Part shown: piece by piece, positions 27,188 through 37,779 of the stretch
Layout of the letters: each line of letters opens with the position of its first letter
How positions within the stretch are numbered: position 1 is the stretch's first letter
Origin: an uncultured virus (IMG/VR IMGVR_UViG_3300010352_001897)
Taxonomy: Duplodnaviria > Heunggongvirae > Uroviricota > Caudoviricetes
DNA: 64,000 nt
Virus record (IMG/VR): IMGVR_UViG_3300010352_001897
Strand: one strand, 5' to 3'
The notes under the pieces: generated by a model
Database searches by the model: none
Seen by the model: the letters and a program-made list of their open reading frames with translations, nothing else
Told to the model about the DNA's origin: nothing
Position numbers and translations under genes: made by a program

Positions 27188-30100
27188 ATGCTACATGAAG
27201 ATCGCATATTAAAGTCAATTGACCTATTAACATATAATGCTAGAGAGACTCTCCTTAAGTACAGCGTATGGGCCACTACTAAGGATTCTGATGTAACTTT
27301 CAATCTATATGATGCGTTGCCTTCATATTCTAACAACGGTGGAACAGGATCTGCAGTATTTCAGAAACCAATAAAAATTCCATCTTTTAATTCCATGGCA
27401 ACTGGAATATTCGGAAGTGTAGGAACTACTTCAAGTAGAGATATTTTCTGGAACTTTAATTTTTCCGCAAACGGCGATGGATGGGTTTTTGACCAGTATG
27501 TTCAAACTAATAACGGAATGCCTGTTGCCAGTGGAAAGACTCCAACATTTCAGGTAAAAACCGACGCTTCGTTTGGAGTACCAGGGACCCCAAAAAAGGT
27601 AAGTTTCTTAAACAGTATCATTAATTACATTTCCCCTGACAGTGAACTCAACATCGATAATTCTAGTTATTTGATAAAGACTCCTATTTTTAGAGTCTCT
27701 GGATCAACTCCAACTTCAGGATTCGCTGAAATAACCAGTAACATTATTAGTATTGGTGATAGTTATTTGAGCCCAACTAACATCCCTTCGGCCACAGTTA
27801 AAATTCTGGGTCAGAATGTTGTACTAACTGCGGCAGTTGCTAGTACATTGGCACAGTACAATGTATTAAATTCAGCCAATGGAATAACAGTAATTGGTGA
27901 TTTCATTTCTAATGTGATAATGCAGTCTCAAAGCTCTGCAATAAAATACTCACAACTAGGAATTTTTGACATTAGTGCTGTGGGTGCAGACGGATTGGAT
28001 AAAATTAATCTATTAAAGTCCATAAACTCTGGACTTAATGTTATTGATGTTTTTGCATTTCAGAGTCTGGGCTCTAGTGTAATTAATAATTTATTCATCG
28101 GCGGACATTCAAGTACTGCAATTTCTTTGGGTAGACTTGCATCAGTAACTAGAGAAGGCTTTCAGTTCTTCTCTAAGAGCAAACTTAATAACTCTACCGA
28201 CACTTCCAACATTAATGAATATTTCGACGCTTGGGTTGATGCAGGTGTTGATGGATCTTCGTCTGCTTCTGCCAGAGAGACATCACAATATTCCTCAGTA
28301 TTGAGTGGATTTGTTGATCCTGGCTTAGTAACCTCAAAACCAAATCCTTACTATTTTAACCTAGGTACAAAGGGAACTTTGAATATATTTGGTGGAGATT
28401 CTGCCAACATTTCTTCAAATAGCACATTAAAGTTCCTAGTTAATAATTCTCCAGAAATTGTGGTTGAAAAGGGATCCGTTACAATTCCTAATTTAAATTT
28501 GCCAAAATATTCAGCATTCTCACTATCAACGATTAGAAAATCTTCATATTTGAGATTTAATCCTCAGGTTAAAGTGTTTCCATTTAGTCAGACAAAGACG
28601 CTTGATAATGGACTAATGGCCACTGGAATGGAAGTTAGCATTGATATTTCTAATGAAAGATCTGTTGCTGAGGAAGATGGATTGTACATATGGTCTACAT
28701 TTACTCACACTGAAACTGGTGAAGATTATTACTATTCATTCTACCTAGTAGATGACGTAAACGACGCGCTCAAGTTAATGTGTACTAGGTACTTAGGTGA
28801 TGGTACTTCGGCTCCAATATATACTTCTAGTTTTGAAACATCAACTGTTGTTACTGGACTACCTAAGTTAGAAGCTAACGGTACTAAGTTTAATCATAAT
28901 AGAATAAAAGTTGTTTCGTCTAGAAAAGCAATATATGTAATTTATGCCACAGGTTCAAATGACCTAACTCTTAGCCTATATGCATTAAAGAATCTTACAG
29001 GAACTACCTGGACAAAAGTAGTTCCTGAATATTATTCTGATAATAGAATGATGAAAATGGACGCATGTGCAATCACAGCTAATGATGTAGCATGTGCATG
29101 TGGAAATAAAGACAAGGTCTGGATTACTATTGAACTTTCATCTGAGCCAGGATATTATTCTCCTACTGTCGTATGTTATAACGAAACTGTTGATTCAATC
29201 GTCTCTCTAGATTTACCTGCAATTTATGATTTTACACTTGATGTAACCACAAGTGATACTTCGTATGTTCGTAGGCCACTATATAGGCCATCGACCTTTG
29301 TTCAGGAATATGATTTGCCAAAGGAACAGTCAAGAGGCGATCAAATATTCTTGCCACTAATTTCAATACCTTCTACTAGCTCATATGATGCATATAGATA
29401 TGAAACAGCAGGGCACTTAAAAATATCTGCAATATTTAATAGTGCAGATAAATTTGACGCATATGTAACTATGGTTCTTAGTGCAGGCACCTATCAAAGA
29501 AAAATAATAAGAATATATAAAATAAATTTTGACACTGCAAATAATATTCTTACTCTGGTCGGTACTAAAGGAACTCCTGGTGCTACTAACGGAGGAGTGG
29601 CTAGCGTATATTTACCTAACCAATTAGTGCTCAGTGAAACCTCTCCTAATAATTTTGCACTACACGCATTAATGAGTCTTTATTATAGTGACGGTACTTT
29701 ATACAGCGAACAGGCTGGCAGATTAGGTACATTTGGGCCTGAATATAGGTGGACTTGGAATGAAACCTCAGGGTTTACTTCTGCAACTGCAGGATCGTCC
29801 GGAAATCCAGCCGCTGAAATTGCCAATTTTAGATATGCAATTGACCAAGTGTGTGGCTGGAGTTCTGACACTGAATATAAGGTTAGAACCCTGGCCACTA
29901 TTGACAATAGCCCACAGTTCAATGGATATATCTATGAAGCAAATAGCACATCAATGGTTGATGCCTTTGTGTTTACTATTGTTGACATGTCAACAGTTGG
30001 TAATGGATTAGTTATTCCGTTCTGGGATAAGGACATATTAGTTGAAAGAGGAACTAATATCCAATATTTGTATAGTAGAGAGGCAGGGGCTTCCTTAAAT

Positions 30101-31300
30101 TTCAACTTGATGCAATCTAAATCTGATGCCATCGTAAAAGCAATAAACTATGCTGACGGATATGCTAAGTATTTTAAATCAGCCTTTATTGATGCCTTTG
30201 GTACCAATGTCATTGGGTTTGAAACTCACTCATCAATATTTTCAAACCCTAAGAGCGGTAAATATTCATACGGAATTGGAAATTATAACGGTAGCACAAT
30301 TCCAGGAAATCCTGCGATTATTGCAAACTATGATGACGGTAATGTTGATAACTTAGTGTTGATTGGAAATAATACTACGGTCAATAATTTCAAAACTATC
30401 AATCTCGCCAAGAGCACTGCAGTAATTAGTGATGGAGTAAACATTACTCTTAACAAAGAGGGTGTTGAAATTGTAGATTATAGTAACGAAAGAGTTCCAG
30501 TCTCAATATTTGGAAAATCTCCAATTGTCGATGAATCGATTGCCGAATCTGGAATATATAGAAATGGGTTATTTAAAAAACTATCTAGAATAAATGACCA
30601 AGGCATTGCATTTAATCCATTTGCATATGGGTTTTCTGGCAGATTCGGACAAACTTCTGGATACATTCCTGTCGAATTAGCATCCATTCTCGCTAAAAGA
30701 TATAGTCAGAGCAATTTTGATAAGATTATTAGATCTGATTTTTCAATTGAACCTGTTGATATTATTCCAGGGTTACTTTCATATACTGTGAACTTAAAGT
30801 TTGCAAAAATATCATGGGAGCCTGACGTAAACTCTGGACACGATTTCCCTTGGATGTTTGATTCCACCTTAAAAAATGAATCAGTGACTAATGATAAAGT
30901 ACTACAGGATAGTAGAAATGCATACTTGGTACAAAATGTAGGTACTGTTCCTGAAAATATTGCGTTTATCCGTACGGTATATGCAGTATATGATTCAGTA
31001 TTCAAGAGAACACATATTATAGTAGTTCCTACAAACTCTGCGCTATATTCATTTAAAATAACTAAAGACAGTATAATAACGTCAGGCTCTATTATTATAG
31101 TGTCCTTTGACAATGAAGTTATTAATCCATTTGATACTAATTTTGATGCAACAATGTGTATTACTAATAATGCAAATAATGTAGTTTCTATTAGAGTAGA
31201 TGGCCATAATACCCTATTAACTAGAACGCTTGGAGTACCTACTCTATCAAGTCTAATTTTAGGGTACACTGAAACCAATTTCGTAGAAAGTAGTTGTTAA
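27188..31300 (+). CDS. Large tail fibre / receptor-binding protein
   Basis: 1370 aa, rich in S/T/G/N beta-type residues; follows the collar gene. Confidence 0.55.
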   Translation: MLHEDRILKSIDLLTYNARETLLKYSVWATTKDSDVTFNLYDALPSYSNNGGTGSAVFQKPIKIPSFNSMATGIFGSVGTTSSRDIFWNFNFSANGDGWVFDQYVQTNNGMPVASGKTPTFQVKTDASFGVPGTPKKVSFLNSIINYISPDSELNIDNSSYLIKTPIFRVSGSTPTSGFAEITSNIISIGDSYLSPTNIPSATVKILGQNVVLTAAVASTLAQYNVLNSANGITVIGDFISNVIMQSQSSAIKYSQLGIFDISAVGADGLDKINLLKSINSGLNVIDVFAFQSLGSSVINNLFIGGHSSTAISLGRLASVTREGFQFFSKSKLNNSTDTSNINEYFDAWVDAGVDGSSSASARETSQYSSVLSGFVDPGLVTSKPNPYYFNLGTKGTLNIFGGDSANISSNSTLKFLVNNSPEIVVEKGSVTIPNLNLPKYSAFSLSTIRKSSYLRFNPQVKVFPFSQTKTLDNGLMATGMEVSIDISNERSVAEEDGLYIWSTFTHTETGEDYYYSFYLVDDVNDALKLMCTRYLGDGTSAPIYTSSFETSTVVTGLPKLEANGTKFNHNRIKVVSSRKAIYVIYATGSNDLTLSLYALKNLTGTTWTKVVPEYYSDNRMMKMDACAITANDVACACGNKDKVWITIELSSEPGYYSPTVVCYNETVDSIVSLDLPAIYDFTLDVTTSDTSYVRRPLYRPSTFVQEYDLPKEQSRGDQIFLPLISIPSTSSYDAYRYETAGHLKISAIFNSADKFDAYVTMVLSAGTYQRKIIRIYKINFDTANNILTLVGTKGTPGATNGGVASVYLPNQLVLSETSPNNFALHALMSLYYSDGTLYSEQAGRLGTFGPEYRWTWNETSGFTSATAGSSGNPAAEIANFRYAIDQVCGWSSDTEYKVRTLATIDNSPQFNGYIYEANSTSMVDAFVFTIVDMSTVGNGLVIPFWDKDILVERGTNIQYLYSREAGASLNFNLMQSKSDAIVKAINYADGYAKYFKSAFIDAFGTNVIGFETHSSIFSNPKSGKYSYGIGNYNGSTIPGNPAIIANYDDGNVDNLVLIGNNTTVNNFKTINLAKSTAVISDGVNITLNKEGVEIVDYSNERVPVSIFGKSPIVDESIAESGIYRNGLFKKLSRINDQGIAFNPFAYGFSGRFGQTSGYIPVELASILAKRYSQSNFDKIIRSDFSIEPVDIIPGLLSYTVNLKFAKISWEPDVNSGHDFPWMFDSTLKNESVTNDKVLQDSRNAYLVQNVGTVPENIAFIRTVYAVYDSVFKRTHIIVVPTNSALYSFKITKDSIITSGSIIIVSFDNEVINPFDTNFDATMCITNNANNVVSIRVDGHNTLLTRTLGVPTLSSLILGYTETNFVESSC

Positions 31301-32016
31301 TGAGCTTCATATCTCCTTTAGAGGCACTAGCAGATAAGTTCAACATAATCAATTTCAACATACGTGAGCTATTGTTTAAATTGGGGGTATGGAGCACTAC
31401 AGATGCCGATAGCGTTCTTATTACATTAAAAACACAAGACGCTCCATACTTTGAAAATTATAAAATTCCATCGATGAAATATGTTGCAATGAATGGAAAG
31501 AAAACCAATTGGGGAAATTTCAAACCTGAAGGTACTAAGAATTGGGGAACTACTATAACTTCTTCAGAGTTTCTAACGTCAAACGGAAACCACGTAATTA
31601 CGATTGATGCACTAGACGGTCCTAAAACTAATTTTATGGAATATGTTGGTAATGGTAATGAGAGGGATGTTCAGGTTACACTAAACAACAGTGGCGCTGA
31701 CACCAATTCAATGTTTGAATTCATATTAACTATTAATCCAAGTTCCACATATCCTACTGGAACTCATTTTGTGTATTTTGTCGATGGAAGTAGTGACACC
31801 GTATTGTTTAAGGTTGGATCTGCTGATCTTGTGAACTTATTAGAGAGCACACCTGTCAATGACGGAAGAAAGTATCCAAAAAAAATAAAGGTATCTTTCC
31901 AGCACATAATTAAGCCAGGAGATATCTCTCCTTCATGGATTTTATTTGACTTATATCAGTTCCCTAGATACGAATACAACGTAGCCACAAGCTCAACTGC
32001 CCCAATTAGATATTAA
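31300..32016 (+). CDS. Tail fibre-associated protein sharing an N-terminal domain with 27188..31300
   Basis: NIRELLFKLGVWSTTDADSVLITL...KIPSM vs NARETLLKYSVWATTKDSDVTFNL...KIPSF; TAATG coupling. Confidence 0.6.
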   Translation: MSFISPLEALADKFNIINFNIRELLFKLGVWSTTDADSVLITLKTQDAPYFENYKIPSMKYVAMNGKKTNWGNFKPEGTKNWGTTITSSEFLTSNGNHVITIDALDGPKTNFMEYVGNGNERDVQVTLNNSGADTNSMFEFILTINPSSTYPTGTHFVYFVDGSSDTVLFKVGSADLVNLLESTPVNDGRKYPKKIKVSFQHIIKPGDISPSWILFDLYQFPRYEYNVATSSTAPIRY

Positions 32017-32038
32017 GTAATACAAATAAATATTTAAT

Positions 32039-35000
32039 ATGAAAATATTTCCTACAAGTTCTACGTTAACCGACTTGGTTAATTATATTAATGCTAAGAC
32101 TGATTCTCATCAGAAAGTATATGACTTCCTAAAAAACTTGATCATTAGTTCGGAGTCCAACTCTTCATTAACTGTTGATTTCACAAATAATCCACAATAC
32201 ATTAATAGTAGATTTCCAATTAATGATTCAGGATATATTAATCAGCCTCAAGACATGTTCGGAGGTTCTGTCAATGTTGACAATCCAATTATCACTACAT
32301 TTAATAAAACAGACACTGTGCCCAACATTATTGATGGAAAATTAACTGATAAAATTTCGGTGGACGGTGATATTCCTAATAGCATATCTTTAACTTCACC
32401 TAATATGTCACAACTATCACACTCCACTTATACAAAGAAGGAAGGAATTAAATACTGGCCTACAATAAAAATAAACGATTTCTTTCCTATTTCAAGCAAA
32501 GTATCTGAATATGAACAAGATAATGTTAATGGAGTTAGTGAATCTGATTCATTATTTTCAATCATCAAACTAATTCCAGGAAAAGATGAAAAATATCATC
32601 ACATTAATATTGAATATTCTCCGTTGGATCCAAAAACAGTAATATTAATGTTGTTGGATGGATCTAATGTTGCAGACGGCGATAGTCTTGAATTCAAACT
32701 AAATTTCATCAACACTACTTCTAATGTAGAGGCAAATTATTGGCCTATTGTAATATTTCTAGATAGTACATATTTGAATTTTTCTATAGAAAATACATTT
32801 AATCTTAATACATTAGCTACAGAATCTCAGTCACTGAACATTGACGGAATACGTTACAAATATGTCCCTGCGGCAATTCTAGACAGTCAGCTATACAAAT
32901 ACTTAAGAGTTCCAAATAACGATCCAATAGGATATTTGGTATCAATTGATACGTTAGACTGTAGTTATTTAAATTCCGTTGGTGAACATTTTATATTAAC
33001 ATTTAATGGTAATGCCAATACAATAACGTACAATAATTATGGATATCTTGACAGTGAAGTGTTGAGAATTGATAATAACTCAGAGCTACTATTAGTTACT
33101 AGACCAGTATTAGGAAAGAACGCTTCAAATATTTTAGAAGATTCTTCCATTGAATTTGGAAAGGATGTTCTTAGATTCGTCACTAGAAACAATTCATGTG
33201 CAGTATTCGGAGCACAAACTAACAAATACTCATATAATATGTCAGGATATTCTACAGGTGCGACTCTTTTAAGTCGAAAAGTTGTGACTGACTACTTGCC
33301 TATAGACTATCCTAAACAGCTAAAAAAAGATATTGTAAATTTTAATAGTGAAATTAATTCTGGATTGTTTTTTACGTTTGACGTTTCGTCTGACCTAATT
33401 GGAAATAATTACTTTGTGCTCAATACGGGACTTCAATTTGTAGATTCATTCTTTAGTATTAGAAAACACTCATCTACTATGATTATTGAAATTGCAGGTG
33501 TTATGAATACTGTTGCACATGTTGATTCTGAATTCTCGGTTGACGTTGGATATAAGAGAGTGACTGATAAGATCAATAAGAGAATACTTGTACGATCTTC
33601 AAACGCCCTAGTATTTGATAGTGGCTGGGTTGCTGATCATGATGTCGATACCTATCCTTGTGATTTAATATCCCTCAGCTCACCTTTCATTGAAAACTAT
33701 CAAATTACAGATCTAGATCTTACAAATAGTATTGGAGTAGTTACTATTTCAAATGTGTTGTTTTTCAACAACTTAGCAAAACATGAAGTAGATTCATTAT
33801 TCAACATTTCGATACTCAATGGAGTATATTCTAGATTCAATAACATTACCACCACAAATCCCAAAGTCCTACCAATTAGTCAGCTAGAAGGACTATTAAC
33901 AATAGTAAATCAATATCCAAAATCAAATGTGGCATTATTGAATGTTAGTCAGAAGAATAATAACTACTCCCCTGTAGAATTTAGAATTGGTTTTACTGTC
34001 CACGAAAATAAAGGAAACTTTTCATATAGAAACCGTAAAGATCCTATTTTAGGAAGTTCTTTATTAGAAACTGTAAGATTGGTGGATGAGTCAAAGTGTG
34101 GCGATTTTGATGAGAATAATACCTTTGCGTCCGCTGATTGTGAAGGTATTCTAAATGCACAAAGGTTACCATATTTTAGTAGTGGAATTGTCAGTAATAG
34201 TGCTAGTTCAGTTGAAGCAAAATCCCCTTACAATTCCTTAATATTAAACAAAAATACTCTAATTTCATTTGGAAAATGTGGTTATTTACCTAAGGTATCT
34301 ACAACTACAACGTATAAGTACTTAATGTCCCATTTCACATTTGACAATGGAATGTTGGCCAGATTTAATCCTGCTTGGAAAACGATTCAATCATTTGAAA
34401 TCAAAAAAAGAGTACTGTCATTGCCTATGACTGACATATCTAATACATTAAATAGAGTATTGTTTTATTTTGATCAAATGCAGACAATAAACAACCAATA
34501 TACAAATCTACATGAGATATTCCAAACAAATTTCGGATCAACTGTAGACATTATGGGTAAAGTTAGCGACAGTGCATACAAATATACAATGGTAGGTGCA
34601 GACATTCCTTTTGAAATCAGGGTTCCTTCGGCAAATGAATCAAACCTTGAGACGTTCGTAAATACAATGTGGCAGATCAGATATATTACTAAAAATATAA
34701 ATCCAGCAACCGCCACATTCTCAGATATTGATTTAGACACTGATACTGTTGTATTTGCAGAACTACCGTTTTTTGTATATCGTTCAGTATACGGAACTTA
34801 TAATTTCTTAATTGCATTTCAGTCAATATCCACTTCAACAAATGTCAATTTTTCTGCAGTCCCTATGCAATATTTAAAAAATGGATATTTAATTACTATG
34901 AAAAATGAATATGATGGACCTTCTGTTGCAATTCCTACAGATGGTAGTAATTTATATCTATACCAGGGAAATAGATATTATCCTTCGATTGAACTAATTC

Positions 35001-35218
35001 TTGAAAGAAGTGTACCTGTTTACGATGAAACAATAACATATGATAAGGCCCCAATTGCACCAGTTCCTAGGTTTTCAGACATTCAGTCTTTGATTCCAAA
35101 GGGTACTATCGATTTTAGAACTCTTAATACTGAATATATTCCATCATATGAGGATTTCCCTACAATTAATAGGATGATGGTAAGTACCTTTTACCAAATT
35201 CCAAAATATTCTAAATAA
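32039..35218 (+). CDS. Large structural / tail fibre protein
   Basis: 1059 aa, beta-rich composition, late promoter. Confidence 0.5.
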   Translation: MKIFPTSSTLTDLVNYINAKTDSHQKVYDFLKNLIISSESNSSLTVDFTNNPQYINSRFPINDSGYINQPQDMFGGSVNVDNPIITTFNKTDTVPNIIDGKLTDKISVDGDIPNSISLTSPNMSQLSHSTYTKKEGIKYWPTIKINDFFPISSKVSEYEQDNVNGVSESDSLFSIIKLIPGKDEKYHHINIEYSPLDPKTVILMLLDGSNVADGDSLEFKLNFINTTSNVEANYWPIVIFLDSTYLNFSIENTFNLNTLATESQSLNIDGIRYKYVPAAILDSQLYKYLRVPNNDPIGYLVSIDTLDCSYLNSVGEHFILTFNGNANTITYNNYGYLDSEVLRIDNNSELLLVTRPVLGKNASNILEDSSIEFGKDVLRFVTRNNSCAVFGAQTNKYSYNMSGYSTGATLLSRKVVTDYLPIDYPKQLKKDIVNFNSEINSGLFFTFDVSSDLIGNNYFVLNTGLQFVDSFFSIRKHSSTMIIEIAGVMNTVAHVDSEFSVDVGYKRVTDKINKRILVRSSNALVFDSGWVADHDVDTYPCDLISLSSPFIENYQITDLDLTNSIGVVTISNVLFFNNLAKHEVDSLFNISILNGVYSRFNNITTTNPKVLPISQLEGLLTIVNQYPKSNVALLNVSQKNNNYSPVEFRIGFTVHENKGNFSYRNRKDPILGSSLLETVRLVDESKCGDFDENNTFASADCEGILNAQRLPYFSSGIVSNSASSVEAKSPYNSLILNKNTLISFGKCGYLPKVSTTTTYKYLMSHFTFDNGMLARFNPAWKTIQSFEIKKRVLSLPMTDISNTLNRVLFYFDQMQTINNQYTNLHEIFQTNFGSTVDIMGKVSDSAYKYTMVGADIPFEIRVPSANESNLETFVNTMWQIRYITKNINPATATFSDIDLDTDTVVFAELPFFVYRSVYGTYNFLIAFQSISTSTNVNFSAVPMQYLKNGYLITMKNEYDGPSVAIPTDGSNLYLYQGNRYYPSIELILERSVPVYDETITYDKAPIAPVPRFSDIQSLIPKGTIDFRTLNTEYIPSYEDFPTINRMMVSTFYQIPKYSK

Positions 35219-35222
35219 TTAA

Positions 35223-35816
35223 ATGGGATTAGGAGCTAAACCTGACAGCGTATTTAATAGTCTAGTACAAGGTACTGTTGTATTATCGTTTTCAAGAATT
35301 CCAATTGAGCTTGATAACGAAATTTCAACAACCTCTCTCCAATGTAATATTCAAAAATATTCTCTCCCTGATTTTATAGCTGAAATGTCTTTTGACCATG
35401 GCCCAATGGGAAGTTTTGCAGTTGTTCCGAACGCTTCGCAAAATGATTTTAGTAGGACAGAACTAAGTGTAGATTTCATTCTAGATTCTAATATGAATAA
35501 TTATAATCTACTGTATAGATGGTTAGATGTCTATAAAACACAAAAATATAGAAGTGAAAAAAATACGAAAGATGATAAGCATTGGGACGCCAAGCAGGCA
35601 TTTTGTCCACACGTTGATCTTGCAATATTCGATAACAGAAAGACTATCAAAAACCTTATAAGATTCCATCAAGTGTTCATTAATACTGTTGGTGGCTTCT
35701 CTATGGATTTTACTAGTGATGAACCCATAATATTTACTTGTAAGTTTAATTTCAATCAAATTAAAATGTATAGCAACCCCGATAACATACGAGAAGTTAT
35801 CGGAGATTACATATAG
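35223..35816 (+). CDS. gp3: Tail completion / tube terminator
   Basis: QKYSLPD...LSVDFILDSNMNNYNLLYRWL...IRFHQVFINTVGG...CKFNF, typical of gp3. Confidence 0.8.
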   Translation: MGLGAKPDSVFNSLVQGTVVLSFSRIPIELDNEISTTSLQCNIQKYSLPDFIAEMSFDHGPMGSFAVVPNASQNDFSRTELSVDFILDSNMNNYNLLYRWLDVYKTQKYRSEKNTKDDKHWDAKQAFCPHVDLAIFDNRKTIKNLIRFHQVFINTVGGFSMDFTSDEPIIFTCKFNFNQIKMYSNPDNIREVIGDYI

Positions 35817-35871
35817 AATTCATAATCTCAAACAATAAACTAATAAATAAATTTCAAGGAGATATGAAAAC

Positions 35872-37221
35872 ATGTCATATATTAACTCAATGAAGGCGAC
35901 TGAAGATATTCTAACCCTTGTAGAGTCATGGGACGAACAAAATAAGACAGGATTAGAGACTTCTGAACCTGTTGGGGGTGGCAGTTCAGATTCCGATCCA
36001 TTTGGAACTGTTTCACTTGACGACATTAACAATACTGTCGAAACTGATGATAATTTTAAGGAACCAGAAAATTTGCTAGGTGACGCCGAGATCACCCTAA
36101 CCGCACAGGAAAAGGCTATCGTTAGAGAGAATTTGGCCAACATGTTGGCTGAACTCAAGGGCGATGACGTTTCTGATGTTGCTTTGGAAGTCATCATTGG
36201 CGAAGTTGCAAAGAACTCTGCAGTTCTAACTGAAGCTGATGAAAATACCTTTGAAACCCCTGCTGAGAAGTCTCAGGTTTTGGATGAAAAGGAAAAGGCT
36301 ATTGATGCTTATATTCGTGAACTTCTTCAGGTTGCGGCTGAGAATGATGGAGTTCTTCCTGCAGAAGGTGGAGATGAAACTCCTTCCGAAGAGAATCCTG
36401 AGACTCCTTCTGAAGAGAAGACTGAAGAAAAGAGTGAAACTCCTGCTGAAGAGAAGACTGAAGAGAAGGCTGAAAAGGACGAAGAGAAGAAACCTGAATC
36501 TGAAGCTGTTGACAGCAACAAGGAAGAGATTGTTGAAACTGTCGTAGAAGAGGGTGTTGCTCCGGTCGAAGAAGGCACTTGCACTGAATGCGACCAGTCT
36601 GGTATTGTTGAAGTTCCAGAAGAGGAAGTCATTCGTGTTGTTGATGACTCTGAAGTTGAGCCAGTTGAGATTGGCGAAACTCCAGTTGGTGATTCCGATG
36701 ATGGCAAGTACGCCACTAAGGAAGATGTCGAAGAGCTTAAGAATCTAATTCTTTCCCTTGGTAAGAGTCAGACCACCGTTCTTGAGGCTATTGGACTCAT
36801 CAAGGGTGCAGACGTAAGTGCTAAGAACATGGAAGGCGGAACTCCTTCAATGGGAACTCCTAAGCACTCAAGTGCTCAGAAGACTGCCGCTCCAGCTATC
36901 GCAAAGCCAGGATTCAAAATTGCAACTCTAAAGAACTTGACAGACGCTCCAACCAAGCCTGAATCAAATGCTCCATTTGGTAAGGAAAATGATGCAGAAG
37001 TTAAGAAGTCTTTGCAGTTTAAGAAGGGCGAAAAGGATCAGGGTAAGTCTCAGACTGAACCTGAGGGCGGAATTCCTGGAAGCGTAACTCCTAAGAAGGC
37101 AAAGGAAACTCCTGCTCCAACAGACCCTGTAAAGGCCGCAGTTGTTCGTGAGTCCGTGACTGGCAATCCAACTAAGACTTGGCTAGCAGAGGCCGCAAAG
37201 CTAATTAGAGGCGGAAAGTAA
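35872..37221 (+). CDS. Highly acidic probable prohead core / internal head protein
   Basis: Glu-rich; ETPSEE/EEKTEE repeats (~36376-36480); LVE-S, LTE-A, VLE-A, VRE-S possible gp21 sites; AAGGAG SD and own terminator. Confidence 0.55.
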   Translation: MSYINSMKATEDILTLVESWDEQNKTGLETSEPVGGGSSDSDPFGTVSLDDINNTVETDDNFKEPENLLGDAEITLTAQEKAIVRENLANMLAELKGDDVSDVALEVIIGEVAKNSAVLTEADENTFETPAEKSQVLDEKEKAIDAYIRELLQVAAENDGVLPAEGGDETPSEENPETPSEEKTEEKSETPAEEKTEEKAEKDEEKKPESEAVDSNKEEIVETVVEEGVAPVEEGTCTECDQSGIVEVPEEEVIRVVDDSEVEPVEIGETPVGDSDDGKYATKEDVEELKNLILSLGKSQTTVLEAIGLIKGADVSAKNMEGGTPSMGTPKHSSAQKTAAPAIAKPGFKIATLKNLTDAPTKPESNAPFGKENDAEVKKSLQFKKGEKDQGKSQTEPEGGIPGSVTPKKAKETPAPTDPVKAAVVRESVTGNPTKTWLAEAAKLIRGGK

Positions 37222-37250
37222 GCCCAACACTATAGAGCTTTGAGATTTTT

Positions 37251-37277
37251 AAGGGCTAGGGCAACCTAGCCTTTTTT
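37251..37277 (+). terminator. Rho-independent terminator
   Basis: AAGGGCTAGG-GCAA-CCTAGCCTTTTTT. Confidence 0.9.
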
Positions 37278-37317
37278 ATTTTGGTAAAATAAATAAACAA
37301 TAAAGGTGGTACACTAG

Positions 37318-37779
37318 ATGAATAAGTTCAATATTAATCAAACAGGAGATTTGGCGATTATTAGAAATGCAATTTCAATATTTGAGGCTGACGAAGAGAC
37401 TCAAGAACCTGAGACTCCCACTGAAGAAGCTCCAGCCCCAACAAATGTCGAAATTGCACCTCCACCTGAGGATACTATTAAGAACTCTGACTTTTTTGCG
37501 AACAATAAGATTAGAAATTCAATAATCGATAATGACCCTGCAGTTACTAATTTGATTAAGATTATGAGTGCTGATATGTTAGACGAAGAAGCAGTAAAGC
37601 CATACATAGATGTATTTTTTACTAAATTAGGACTAAACGACATTGATCCTGAAAAATTCAAAATGTTGTCGGCTGACATTTGGGATAGACTAGATTCTAT
37701 GAGCAATATGGACAATAGAACCTCTCTAGCGGACTTTATTACTTGGACAAAACTTAAGATTGATGAATATAATAAGTAA
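37318..37779 (+). CDS. Hypothetical acidic protein
   Basis: 153-aa ORF after TAAATA; IFE-A motif. Confidence 0.7.
   Translation: MNKFNINQTGDLAIIRNAISIFEADEETQEPETPTEEAPAPTNVEIAPPPEDTIKNSDFFANNKIRNSIIDNDPAVTNLIKIMSADMLDEEAVKPYIDVFFTKLGLNDIDPEKFKMLSADIWDRLDSMSNMDNRTSLADFITWTKLKIDEYNK

Noticed and set aside
36376..36480. Short tandem repeats as a possible CRISPR array
   Set aside because: Imperfect in-frame coding repeats (ETPSEE/EEKTEE) without a repeat-spacer pattern; no CRISPR array seen anywhere in the window
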